Virus record (IMG/VR): IMGVR_UViG_3300025653_000068
Location: 1 to 43,199 of that record
DNA length: 43,199 nt
Source: a virus
Taxonomy: Duplodnaviria; Caudoviricetes
Strand: one strand, 5' to 3'
The position numbers and the translations under genes were made by a program. The notes beneath the pieces were generated by a model that saw only the letters and a list, made by a program, of their open reading frames with translations, made no database searches and was not told the DNA's origin. Of the stretch, positions 32,870 through 42,744 are shown in pieces (positions within the stretch are counted from its first letter, which is position 1; each line of letters opens with the position of its first letter).

Positions 32870-34501
32870 ATGGCTAAAATAAGGAATGTTGAATCTATTA
32901 ATAAGATTACATCCCAACTTATTAATGATAAAATAGATATTGATAGATTTGCTAGAGAGCAGATAGTTACTTTAGAAACTGCTAAAGAACCATATCAAGA
33001 TGCATCTAAAAATCTAGACTTATATTTGCTTGAAACTTGCCAAGAAGTAAATGATGCTTATGATAAAGTGAAAGAATCATATCAAAGTAGAATAGATGCT
33101 GGTGGTGCCAGTGATTTATTTTGGAGGATTGTGGGAGTATCTAGTCTTACTAGCACCACTCCTAATCCAAATACAGGACCACAAACAAAAATTGTTGGAC
33201 TTTCATATGATTTAAGATGTGAAAGATTGTCGAGAACATATTCTGAGCAACAAAATATTGGATCTGGTTCTTCTACTTTTACTTTTGATCCTTCTAGCGT
33301 TCAAATATATCAAGCAAGAGAAGTGAATCTTGGTAGTAAGCAACCATTAACTTCAGCTGGTAGTGAAATGGATAGTGTTTTTAGACCTGTCAATCTTCAG
33401 GGAATAAAGTTAGATATCGAACCATATAGTAGAGATGTTCTCGAAACTTATGTAAATGTTTCGATTGGAACTGCTGATCTTGGAGGAACGAGACTATTCT
33501 TGACTAAAATATATGAGGATATTGAAATTGGGCAGTTAGTTTCCTCAGAACCAAAAATCTTATTTCCAGACTCTGGTGTCAATAATGTAACTGGTATTGG
33601 CACTGCAATCGTAAATCTTACAGGGGTGCCAAATACTTCTGGTGTAAATGGTGAGATAGTGACTTATGTCGATTTAGGAGATCCTGTAACTCAACTTATA
33701 ACTGCTCCATTATTTAATGGGGAATATCCGATATTCACGTTCTCAATATCTCCAGATCAAGTCCCTGATAGCATTTCTGTCGGTGAACGTGAAAGTCCTT
33801 ATGAACTTCAACAGGTGAAGAAAATGACTTCATCTGATGCTGGAACAGGAGTAGAACTAGAATATGATAACTCTGGGATAGAAGTGTATAGTGCAGAGTG
33901 GCCACATTTTCTAGATGGATATCCAGACCCTGATAATCTTGATAGTATTGTTAGAGAACCTGCAGTTGGATCTGGAAAAGTGTATTATACAGTTGGGTTT
34001 AATAGAAAACCTTTGAGAGATGATGGTTCTGATGCTACTGAGGGGGATACTAGAACAATATCAGACTATATTTCTTCATTTGGAGGAGGATTTTTAGATC
34101 CTAACTCACCACAAAATCCAAGTTTTGTCCCTGCTTATAGCAGCCAACTCAGCAATACTCCAGAAATAAATGCCCAAATAAAATCTAATGAAGATGAAGC
34201 TTTACAAAAAGAAAGTTCATTGAAATATAATGATGAGTTTTATGATAGTATTTCTATTTCTAACAAAATAAAAAAAGAATATAATGAGTTTAATATTAGA
34301 ATATGGGCATATAGAGTTCAAATCGGAAAAGCTAGAGAGGAAAAGCTAGAAAAAGAAGACTTTAAATCTTTCCTCAATAATAGTACATATAAACCTATTG
34401 CTAATGCTGGAGGGCCTCCAGTAGTAAATAGAAACTATCCAATGTCCTCTAATACATCTTTAATCAGTTCAACATTTTTGACATTTGATATTACCGTATA
34501 A
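32870..34501 (+). CDS. Putative virion structural protein
   Basis: 543 aa; TAAATA late motif upstream; VTGIGT motifs as in neighbouring structural genes. Confidence 0.7.
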   Translation: MAKIRNVESINKITSQLINDKIDIDRFAREQIVTLETAKEPYQDASKNLDLYLLETCQEVNDAYDKVKESYQSRIDAGGASDLFWRIVGVSSLTSTTPNPNTGPQTKIVGLSYDLRCERLSRTYSEQQNIGSGSSTFTFDPSSVQIYQAREVNLGSKQPLTSAGSEMDSVFRPVNLQGIKLDIEPYSRDVLETYVNVSIGTADLGGTRLFLTKIYEDIEIGQLVSSEPKILFPDSGVNNVTGIGTAIVNLTGVPNTSGVNGEIVTYVDLGDPVTQLITAPLFNGEYPIFTFSISPDQVPDSISVGERESPYELQQVKKMTSSDAGTGVELEYDNSGIEVYSAEWPHFLDGYPDPDNLDSIVREPAVGSGKVYYTVGFNRKPLRDDGSDATEGDTRTISDYISSFGGGFLDPNSPQNPSFVPAYSSQLSNTPEINAQIKSNEDEALQKESSLKYNDEFYDSISISNKIKKEYNEFNIRIWAYRVQIGKAREEKLEKEDFKSFLNNSTYKPIANAGGPPVVNRNYPMSSNTSLISSTFLTFDITV

Positions 34502-34504
34502 ATA
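34497..34504 (+). promoter_or_regulatory. T4-type late promoter
   Basis: Exact TATAAATA ~30 bp upstream of ATG 34537. Confidence 0.75.
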
Positions 34505-34536
34505 ATACAAAGTCGCTTCAATGCAGTAAAAATATT

Positions 34537-35157
34537 ATGTCTAAATCTCTTATTAATGTTGGCGCATTTGCTAATGATGCTACTGGAGATAGTTTAAGAG
34601 TAGCTGGTCAAAAAATCAACGATAACTTTACTGAGATCTATGATGTTCTCGGTAACGGATCTTCACTTTCTGGCATTGTTACATTTGCACAAGGTGCATA
34701 TTATTCTGAGATATCGGGAATCTCTACTTATTCCGAAGGATTAATAGATAGTCCTCAGATTGCTGTAGATGGTGTTACATGTGCAGGTATTGTTACTATG
34801 GCAAATAGTAGCATTGTTGGAACTGCAGCAACATTTACTGCTACAGGTGTAACTACAGTAAGTGCTGCTTTACAGGCATTTCATAAAGTTGATTATAATA
34901 GTAATAACACACAAATACTTATTTCAGATTTTAAACCAGGATCTACTTTTGAAGTTATTTGTAGAAATACAGATGGCTCAACTAGATCGGTTCTAATTCT
35001 TACGAGTGAAACTGATACTGGCCATGCTCTCCTTCCTTTATGTGGATCTTTGTTTAGCGGTACAATTACTAATGGAGTTATTAATGTTGGTTCTAATAGA
35101 ATGCTCAGGGTTAGAATATGGAATGAAAATGGTTCCGTCTATGGCATGTACTGTTGA
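34537..35157 (+). CDS. Structural protein with gp9/gp10-like N-terminal motif
   Basis: INVGAFANDATGDSLRVAGQKINDNFTEIY. Confidence 0.75.
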   Translation: MSKSLINVGAFANDATGDSLRVAGQKINDNFTEIYDVLGNGSSLSGIVTFAQGAYYSEISGISTYSEGLIDSPQIAVDGVTCAGIVTMANSSIVGTAATFTATGVTTVSAALQAFHKVDYNSNNTQILISDFKPGSTFEVICRNTDGSTRSVLILTSETDTGHALLPLCGSLFSGTITNGVINVGSNRMLRVRIWNENGSVYGMYC

Positions 35158-35182
35158 CAACTGCCCTGCGCCCTGCTAAGAT
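35154..35182 (+). promoter_or_regulatory. Sigma70-type promoter
   Basis: TTGACA 35154-35159, 17 bp, TG-n-TAAGAT 35177-35182. Confidence 0.75.
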
Positions 35183-35211
35183 ATATGGGTAATCAAGAAC
35201 GAGACGACAAA

Positions 35212-35388
35212 ATGCAAGATGAGTACCTGACAAGGTGCGTTGTAGATCCATCTCGTAAAACCATTTATATCTACGGGAGTAACGGAAACGAAAATGAAAT
35301 TGTTTGTGTTACTATTGACCAGTTTATGAACATGCTCAAGTTTATTCGTGCTACAGTTGATGAAGATATTCTAGGTTATGCAGAATGA
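35212..35388 (+). CDS. Conserved cyanophage hypothetical protein
   Basis: MQDEYLTRCVVDPSRKTIYIYGSNG; start set at ATG 35212, downstream of the promoter. Confidence 0.75.
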   Translation: MQDEYLTRCVVDPSRKTIYIYGSNGNENEIVCVTIDQFMNMLKFIRATVDEDILGYAE

Positions 35389-35483
35389 GACCAGAAACAC
35401 GCGAAGCAATGGAAATGCTTTTGGGCATTGTGCCCGTGGGAGTTCAAGTCTCCCCGTTCCTATTGAGACTTTCTAATAAATAA
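35385..35483 (+). pseudogene. Truncated gene start (MRPETREAMEML) reading into the tRNA fragment
   Basis: ATGA-coupled start; after ~12 codons the frame runs through tRNA-like sequence to TAA 35481-35483. Confidence 0.45.
35423..35462 (+). tRNA. 3' half only of a class II tRNA (Leu-like); pseudo-tRNA
   Basis: Variable arm GGGC-ATTGT-GCCC, T-arm GGGAG-TTCAAGT-CTCCC, acceptor 3' strand CGTTCCT plus discriminator A; no D-arm, anticodon arm or 5' acceptor strand. Confidence 0.75.
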
Positions 35484-35501
35484 TAAGAAACGCTCAATCA
35501 T

Positions 35502-35771
35502 ATGAAATACAGAATCGACGTTAGATATTGTTGGTTTGAAAACAAATCTATGTTGGTTGAAATGTATTTCATAAACAACATTCCTTTTACTTTTTATGAG
35601 GTACAAAAAGAACTTTACGAAGATCAAGAAATCATAGAGTTAGCAAATAACTCTGCTTCATATACAACAGAAGACCTTTATAGACACTCTTTCTATCTTA
35701 TAGAAGAAGAGTGTCATCCATTATTATATCAACTTGATTTAGAAAACCCCGAACTGTTACCTACTGACTAA
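35502..35771 (+). CDS. Hypothetical protein
   Basis: 89-aa ORF; TAAATA upstream. Confidence 0.8.
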   Translation: MKYRIDVRYCWFENKSMLVEMYFINNIPFTFYEVQKELYEDQEIIELANNSASYTTEDLYRHSFYLIEEECHPLLYQLDLENPELLPTD

Positions 35772-35941
35772 TGAAAATCAATCTTTGGTATTCCGAACAT
35801 AAAAAACAATGGAGATGGGTGTTATGCGATGATAATGATAAAATGCGACAGGAATCTGGATCGCAACCATTTTTGCGTGATGCAATGAATGACGTTGCAA
35901 ACACTGTAGAATATATGCTCGAAACAATGCAATCTGAGTAA
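35771..35941 (+). CDS. Hypothetical protein, 56 aa (not in ORF track)
   Basis: MKINLWYSEHKKQWRWVLCDD...QESGSQPFLRDAMNDVANTVEYML; TAATG overlap. Confidence 0.75.
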   Translation: MKINLWYSEHKKQWRWVLCDDNDKMRQESGSQPFLRDAMNDVANTVEYMLETMQSE

Positions 35942-36019
35942 TAATAGCATGTGTTTATTCACGTCCTCTTCTTTTTTGATTGATAAATAACTTATAACGG
36001 AAACTATAATGTAAATAAA

Positions 36020-39000
36020 ATGGGTCTCTCCAGGTTAGATAATTTTCTAAAGTCAACTCGCGGAACTATCCTTTACGTTGATCCAAACAGTCTTGACTCA
36101 ACTGATAGTATTGAAAATCAAGGTAACTCTTTGACCAGACCCTTTAAAACTATTCAAAGGGCATTAGTTGAAGCATCTAGATTCTCATATCAGAGAGGAA
36201 AAGGTAATGATAGATTTGGTAAAACAACTATTTTACTTTATCCAGGTGATCACATTGTAGATAATAGACCTGGGTGGATCCCTACTGGTAGTTCATTTAT
36301 CCTAAGAACTAGTGAGGTTAGAGACGACTTTGGTGAATGGACATTAGACACTAACTTTGACCTAAACTTAGAGAGAAACTCTTTATACCAACTAAACAGT
36401 ATTCATGGTGGAGTCATCGTACCTAGAGGTACTTCTATTGTTGGTTTAGATTTAAGAAAAACTAGGATTATTCCTAGGTATGTTCCAAGTCCAACAAATG
36501 ATCAGATTGAAGCGTCTGCTATTTTTAGAGTAACTGGTGCATGTTATTTCTGGCAGTTCACTATTCTAGACGCTGATCCAAATACCACATGTTATGCTGA
36601 TTACACTATTAACCAGTTTATTCCAAACTTCTCTCACCACAAACTGAGAGTATTTGAATATGCTGATGGTGTTAATAATGTAGTCATTAACGATGCGTTT
36701 ATTAATGGTACTTCAGGTGAGTTTGATAGAACTGATCTTGACATGTACTATGAGAAAGTTGGTATTGTTTATGGTCAGAATACTGGTAGAGATATTCCAA
36801 ATGACTATCCACCATCAGATCTAGTTGATATTGAACCAGTTATTGATGAATATAGAATCGTTGGTCCAAAGGGTGATGAAGTAGGTATTGCTAGTATTCG
36901 TTCTGGCAATGGACTTGTTTCTTCAACTCTTGTTACTGTTACAACATCTGAACCACTTGATGGTATCAGTGTGAATACTGCTATTGAGATTCAGGGAGTA
37001 TCAACTCCTGGATATGATGGTAAGTATGTAGTTTCTGGCGTCAATAGTCCAACAGAGTTTGAGTATAAGGTACAAAATCCTCCACCAGAAGCATTAGGAA
37101 ATGTAACATCTTCAACTGTTAATCTGATTGTTGATACAGTATCATCTGCATCACCATATGTCTTTAACTGTACGCTACGAAGCGTATATGGTATGTGTGG
37201 TCTATTGGCGGATGGATCTAAAGCGACTGGTTTCGTATCGATGGTGGTTGCCCAATATACTGGTGTTGGACTACAAAAAGATGAGAACGCATTTGTTAAG
37301 TATGATACTACTTCAGGTACATATAAGGATGCTACATCAAATCTTATCAATCTTTCATCAAACACCTTATCGCAATATAAACCAAACTATGAGAACTTTC
37401 ATATTAAAGCGATTAATAACTCTTACTTGCAGTTAGTTTCTGTATTCGCTATTGGTTTTTCTCATCAGTTTGTATCTGAGAATGGTGCAGATATTTCTCT
37501 TAACAACTCCAACTCAAACTTTGGTAATAAAGCACTTGTTTCAAAAGGATTTAAACAGGATGCATTCAGGAAAGATGATGTTGGATATATCAGTCATCTG
37601 ATTGCACCAAAAGAACTAGAATCTGAAGACTATACAGTAGAGTTTTATTCTATTGATGTAAACACAACAGTTGGTGTTGGAAGTACATCAAGAATGTACT
37701 TATATAATCAAACCAATGAAAATATTATCCCAAATACAGCATTTGATGGATTTAGGATTGGTGCTAAAGAAAATGATAAAATCTTCCTAGATGTATTCGA
37801 TACGGCAGGTATTAAGAGCACTTATTCGGCAACTATTGTTATGCCGAATGAAGATTTTACTGGTGGCATTTATGGTGCATATAGAAGAGATGATCTAGAG
37901 TTTTCATCAAAGAAAGAGTTCTTAGTAAGAAGAACAAATAATGATACTGAGAATGATATTTTCAATAATGTTATTTCTTTCAATGAACCTCACCAATTTT
38001 TAACTGGTGAATCTGTAAGAATATTATCTGATAATGGTAACTTACCCGATGGTATTGAAGAGGATAGAGTTTATTTTGTTATTACAGATTCTCTAGATCC
38101 AGTTGGATTGGGAACCACACAGATCAAACTCTCAACATCATTATCAGATTCCTTCCAAGAAAATGTAGTATCTATTAATGAAAAGGGTGGAAACTTAAAG
38201 ATTATTAGTAGAGTATCCGATAAAGTTGCTGGAGATTATGGACATCCTATTCAATGGGATGAACAATATAATCAATGGTATTTAAATGTATCTAAGATTT
38301 CTATTAGTAATCTAGGAGAAAATGATCTTTATAATGGCATCGTTGGACTTGGAACGACATCTCTTGGTAATGCTACATCTAGAACATACTTTAAGAGAAA
38401 AATCGATAATAGATCATATTCCGATAACCTCTATAGTTTGAGATTTGTTATTCCAAAAGATTCTAATATTGAATCTAGAGATCCACTTGATTCATTTATT
38501 TTACAAGAATCTAGTTCAGGAATTACAACATCTACAGAAGTTGCAAAGTATTTTGACCCTACAGGATCACTATCAATATCAAACTCAACTGAACTTAGAA
38601 ACCCAAGATTTATTTCCACATGTAGTTGGAATGGTGGTCAAATCACTGTTGGTACAGAACTACCACATGATCTTGTTCCTGGTTCGGAAGTAACTATTAT
38701 TAATGCTATCAGTGCTAATAATACTGATGGAACATTTAATAAAGGTTATAATGGATCATTTATTGTTACTGGTGTTAATAACTCCAGAGAGTTTACTTAT
38801 AACTATGAATATGATCCAGGTTCATTCCAAAGTGACACAAATACCAGAGATGAAAATCTCCCACGTTTCTATAAGAGTAAGTTAAGAAATACTTTCCAAG
38901 CATATAAGATCGAGAATGTTAAGCAATACATTCCAAGTTATCAAGATGGTGTTTATCATATTATTCCACTAAGAGCTTCAGAGTCTCCTATTGTTGCACC

Positions 39001-41986
39001 ATTTACTAATAAAAAGTACACACAGTCTTTAAGGAATCTATATCCTAGACTTGATAGAGACAATCCAGTATCCGATCCAAAGGAAGCAAGATCATTTGCT
39101 ACCTCAGAGAAGATTGGTATTGTTGTTGTAGATGATCCACACAATAGTTTGACCAAAGAATCATCAAGATCATTCTTAAAAGATCTTGGTGTTGGTGTTG
39201 GAGTAACAAATATTGTATCTGATAGTGTGGGAGTATCTCATACAATCTTCACTGATATTGATCATGGACTTTTTGGTATTACAAACTTAAGTATCCAAAG
39301 TATTGGATCACAGTATATTCCAGGTATTTACTATAATGTCCCATTAACATCTGGATTATCATCAACTACAGGATTTAATGCAACTGCTAGAGTGAGTGTT
39401 AGTGCTGCTGGTACTATTACAGATGTTACTATCATGAACCCTGGTAGTGTGTATGGTATTGGTAACACATTATCGCTCACATCAAATATAAGCAGACAGG
39501 TTGGATCTTATGATGCGACAGTAAGAGTCGAAGGTATTAATGATTCAACTGGCGAAACTTTAGAAGTTTCTGGTATTGGAACTGGTAACTACACAAACCT
39601 CTATAGAATCTCTGGATATGAAGTTGGAGATGCTAAGAAGGTATTTGCTTATTCATCTGAAGATATTGTAGAACCAAATACTGGTGAAAACAGGATTATC
39701 ATTAGATCTACTGATAATCCTTCGATCATTAATGTTGGTAGATCGATCAAATCAACCAGTGTAATCTATGATAATAGAGTTGGGGTTGCTACATTTACAT
39801 TCCCAAGATCTCATGGTTTCTCTGTAGATCAGAAAGTTAGAGTTGGTGGGGCAACAACTGAAGTATTCAATGGAGACTTTATTGTTAAGTCTGTAGAATC
39901 TACAAGTTCTTTTGTTGCGCCAACAAAGTTAAGTATTAATGTTAAGGGGTGGGATACTATAACTCCTATCGGAACTCCTATCTTCCATCCACATGGTTTG
40001 ACATCAAGAGGAGGAACAGTTTCAAACGAATCTGAACTATATTCTTCAAGATTATTCACTACCTATGCTGGTATTTCTACACAAATCGGAAATACTATTA
40101 ACGTATCCGATTCCAATACCAACCCAATCACTATTAACAATGCAGTAGAAAGAGGATTTAAACTTGGGGATTATGTTCAGATTGGAAATGAGATCCTAAG
40201 AATCAGATCTGGAGTTTCTAGCGATACAGTATATGTCTTTAGATCTCTACTAGGAACTGCAAAGGAAACTCATAGAAATAATAGTGTAATCAATAAGATT
40301 AAGGTACAACCTATTGAGTTTAGAAGAAACTCTATTATTAAAGCTTCTGCACATACATTTGAATATGTTGGTTTTGGTCCTGGTAACTATTCGACATCAC
40401 TGCCAGATAAACAGGATAGAGTTCTAGGTTCACAAGAAGAAGTTCGCGCTATTTCTGAAAAGAATGAAGGTGGTGTTGTATTCTTCAGTGGAATGAACAG
40501 TAATGGAGATTTCTATACTGGTAACAAGAGAATCAACTCTTCAACTGGTGAAGAAAATCTATTTGATCTACCTGTACCAACAGTAACTGGTGAAGAACCT
40601 GATAAATCCAAATCAATCTTCGGTTTTGAAGTACTATCTCCAATGGAGATTAGTATTGGTAGAGCTATTAGAGTTGAAGGTGGAAAGGATAAGAACGTCG
40701 TATCAAGATTTGACGGTCCAGTAATCTTTAATAACAAACTTACATCATATTCTGCTAAAGGTATTGAAGCTAACTCTTTATATCTCCAAGGTTCTGAGAA
40801 TGTATCTAGAAAGTACACTTTATCTGAAACAAAACCAGATTATACTGGAAACTATGGTGACGTTGTATTTTATTCGGATCCTAAGGATAAGGGATATGTT
40901 GGATGGATTTATACCCAAGAAAATACATGGATGGATTGGGGATTTATTGGTGGACCAGCAATCCATCTATCAACAAATAATAATCAAGTAGGATTTATTT
41001 CTGCAATCAATATTGTTGGTCTTGGTCTGACAGTAACGACGCAATATACCCCAGGCAATAACGGTGGCATTTCCACCATTATTATTGATGATAATCCACT
41101 GATCGCCATTTCAACTGGTCCTTATAACCAACTTGTTGGTAATGCTAATCAAATGAACTTTGTTGGTGGTGGTATTACACTATCACAGATTGGATCTTCT
41201 GGAATAGTTACTGTCTACATGGAGAAGATTAATGTAGAAGCACTAGCACCATCTGGTCCATATCAATCCATTCAGTTCCATGAAAGTGATGACACATTTG
41301 GTGGTGTTCCTTATTTTGCATATAACAATGTAACTGGGACAGTTGATATTGGTCCTACATCTTGGACAAGTGATGGATTTGTAAGCTTTGGAACTACAAA
41401 TCCAACATCTAAAGTTGAGATTTATACTGCTGCTGAAAGAGCACTTTATATTAACTCAACTTCAGGTACTGGTGAGATTGTAAGGATTGAAAACGTTGGT
41501 AATGATTTGAAACCATTTATCATTGATATTGATGGTAACGTTGGTATCAATACTGGAAATGTTCTAGCAGGTATTTCTTTACAAGTTAATGGTAATATTG
41601 GTGTTGTTGGAGATATTAGATTCTTCAATTCAAATCAATCCTTCTATGCTGGATTTAAGGCACAAAATGACCTTAGCACTAATCTTGTTTGGGAACTTCC
41701 AAAGATTGTTGGTTCTGCTAAGAGTATTATGATTAGTGAAACTTCTGGAACTATTGGATGGTCTACAATCTCTGATCTATTATCAATAACATCAACCGAT
41801 GCTTTACCTGAAGGGGATGTAAATGTTTATCATACTGTTCAAAGAGTTGTTAATGCTTACATGAACTCTTTAGGAAAACAGGTTGGTATTGCAATCACAT
41901 ATAACCCAAATACACAAAAGATTGATTATGAGACATGTTTAGAAGAAGGTAAATATTTCTTCTCTAGTTTTGGAGTTATGCTCTGA
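36020..41986 (+). CDS. Large virion structural / tail fibre-associated protein (1988 aa)
   Basis: MGLSRLDNFLK..ILYVDPN..RPFKTIQRAL start, beta-rich repeats, C-terminal VGINT/FGTTNP fibre motifs; TAAATA upstream. Confidence 0.85.
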   Translation: MGLSRLDNFLKSTRGTILYVDPNSLDSTDSIENQGNSLTRPFKTIQRALVEASRFSYQRGKGNDRFGKTTILLYPGDHIVDNRPGWIPTGSSFILRTSEVRDDFGEWTLDTNFDLNLERNSLYQLNSIHGGVIVPRGTSIVGLDLRKTRIIPRYVPSPTNDQIEASAIFRVTGACYFWQFTILDADPNTTCYADYTINQFIPNFSHHKLRVFEYADGVNNVVINDAFINGTSGEFDRTDLDMYYEKVGIVYGQNTGRDIPNDYPPSDLVDIEPVIDEYRIVGPKGDEVGIASIRSGNGLVSSTLVTVTTSEPLDGISVNTAIEIQGVSTPGYDGKYVVSGVNSPTEFEYKVQNPPPEALGNVTSSTVNLIVDTVSSASPYVFNCTLRSVYGMCGLLADGSKATGFVSMVVAQYTGVGLQKDENAFVKYDTTSGTYKDATSNLINLSSNTLSQYKPNYENFHIKAINNSYLQLVSVFAIGFSHQFVSENGADISLNNSNSNFGNKALVSKGFKQDAFRKDDVGYISHLIAPKELESEDYTVEFYSIDVNTTVGVGSTSRMYLYNQTNENIIPNTAFDGFRIGAKENDKIFLDVFDTAGIKSTYSATIVMPNEDFTGGIYGAYRRDDLEFSSKKEFLVRRTNNDTENDIFNNVISFNEPHQFLTGESVRILSDNGNLPDGIEEDRVYFVITDSLDPVGLGTTQIKLSTSLSDSFQENVVSINEKGGNLKIISRVSDKVAGDYGHPIQWDEQYNQWYLNVSKISISNLGENDLYNGIVGLGTTSLGNATSRTYFKRKIDNRSYSDNLYSLRFVIPKDSNIESRDPLDSFILQESSSGITTSTEVAKYFDPTGSLSISNSTELRNPRFISTCSWNGGQITVGTELPHDLVPGSEVTIINAISANNTDGTFNKGYNGSFIVTGVNNSREFTYNYEYDPGSFQSDTNTRDENLPRFYKSKLRNTFQAYKIENVKQYIPSYQDGVYHIIPLRASESPIVAPFTNKKYTQSLRNLYPRLDRDNPVSDPKEARSFATSEKIGIVVVDDPHNSLTKESSRSFLKDLGVGVGVTNIVSDSVGVSHTIFTDIDHGLFGITNLSIQSIGSQYIPGIYYNVPLTSGLSSTTGFNATARVSVSAAGTITDVTIMNPGSVYGIGNTLSLTSNISRQVGSYDATVRVEGINDSTGETLEVSGIGTGNYTNLYRISGYEVGDAKKVFAYSSEDIVEPNTGENRIIIRSTDNPSIINVGRSIKSTSVIYDNRVGVATFTFPRSHGFSVDQKVRVGGATTEVFNGDFIVKSVESTSSFVAPTKLSINVKGWDTITPIGTPIFHPHGLTSRGGTVSNESELYSSRLFTTYAGISTQIGNTINVSDSNTNPITINNAVERGFKLGDYVQIGNEILRIRSGVSSDTVYVFRSLLGTAKETHRNNSVINKIKVQPIEFRRNSIIKASAHTFEYVGFGPGNYSTSLPDKQDRVLGSQEEVRAISEKNEGGVVFFSGMNSNGDFYTGNKRINSSTGEENLFDLPVPTVTGEEPDKSKSIFGFEVLSPMEISIGRAIRVEGGKDKNVVSRFDGPVIFNNKLTSYSAKGIEANSLYLQGSENVSRKYTLSETKPDYTGNYGDVVFYSDPKDKGYVGWIYTQENTWMDWGFIGGPAIHLSTNNNQVGFISAINIVGLGLTVTTQYTPGNNGGISTIIIDDNPLIAISTGPYNQLVGNANQMNFVGGGITLSQIGSSGIVTVYMEKINVEALAPSGPYQSIQFHESDDTFGGVPYFAYNNVTGTVDIGPTSWTSDGFVSFGTTNPTSKVEIYTAAERALYINSTSGTGEIVRIENVGNDLKPFIIDIDGNVGINTGNVLAGISLQVNGNIGVVGDIRFFNSNQSFYAGFKAQNDLSTNLVWELPKIVGSAKSIMISETSGTIGWSTISDLLSITSTDALPEGDVNVYHTVQRVVNAYMNSLGKQVGIAITYNPNTQKIDYETCLEEGKYFFSSFGVML

Positions 41987-42025
41987 TAAAAAAGGGGGGG
42001 GGATTTGATCCCCCCTTTTTTTTAT
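41986..42025. terminator. Bidirectional intrinsic terminator between convergent genes
   Basis: A-run, G-run, GAT-TTG-ATC, C-run, T-run. Confidence 0.9.
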
Positions 42026-42027
42026 TA

Positions 42028-42660
42028 TCAACACTCAGGCATTACTAAGACATTATATGTGATTTGTTGTTTTGTTGGAGAGAGTATTGATCTTGTTCTC
42101 CAATCTAGACATTTCCTTCTTCTAGCTGCAAACTCAATAGATTGTCCTGGTTTTAGGAAATACTCAGTCGGGAATGGAACTTCTTGTATTCTTCCCCACT
42201 TTCTCCACCAGTTCCAACCACTACCATAGAAGTAATATTGTCTAGTGTCTAAGATTTCTTCCTTTGAAAATAAGAACATATATCCATTTGGATTATCCCC
42301 CCCACCATCTCTATTTCTTCTGAATCCCCACCAATATCTCCAATACCATCCATAGTTTAAACTTAATGAAGAAAGGTTTCTTCCAATAATACCTTCAATC
42401 CAATCAGTATTAATATCTGGAAGGTTTGGTAGTTGAATGTAGTTAGCAGTCCTGTTAGTGGTTGTTCTTCCAAAAGAATCTACCTCTGGTCCAGGAAAAA
42501 CTTCTCCAGGAGTTAGAACCCTAATCTCATTAGTTCCTGTACCCTCGATAGAAAGATAGTTAAAAATAACTCGTACATTTCCACCAGTATTATTGGTATA
42601 CAGTGTAAAATCGTTCTGCTCACAGAAGTAACCAGACAATACCTCAGTAATCGATGCCAT
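42028..42660 (-). CDS. Hypothetical protein with Trp/Arg-rich segments
   Basis: 210-aa ORF; TATTTA (reverse TAAATA) motifs at 42673-42695 upstream. Confidence 0.8.
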   Translation of the reverse strand: MASITEVLSGYFCEQNDFTLYTNNTGGNVRVIFNYLSIEGTGTNEIRVLTPGEVFPGPEVDSFGRTTTNRTANYIQLPNLPDINTDWIEGIIGRNLSSLSLNYGWYWRYWWGFRRNRDGGGDNPNGYMFLFSKEEILDTRQYYFYGSGWNWWRKWGRIQEVPFPTEYFLKPGQSIEFAARRRKCLDWRTRSILSPTKQQITYNVLVMPEC

Positions 42661-42672
42661 TGTATTTTTTAC

Positions 42673-42707
42673 TATTTACTTTCTTTATTTATTTAGATCT
42701 ATAAATA
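42673..42707. promoter_or_regulatory. Divergent late promoters
   Basis: TATAAATA 42700-42707 on +; TAAATA copies on - strand. Confidence 0.7.
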
Positions 42708-42744
42708 GTTAAAAATTTCAACTAAGAGGGGAGAGTGAACCTCA

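Noticed and set aside
35400-35465. Intact tRNA gene
   Set aside because: No D-arm, anticodon arm or complementary 5' acceptor strand upstream of the variable arm
42005-42229. 74-aa plus-strand ORF
   Set aside because: Starts inside the terminator hairpin and is antisense to the better-supported 42028..42660 gene
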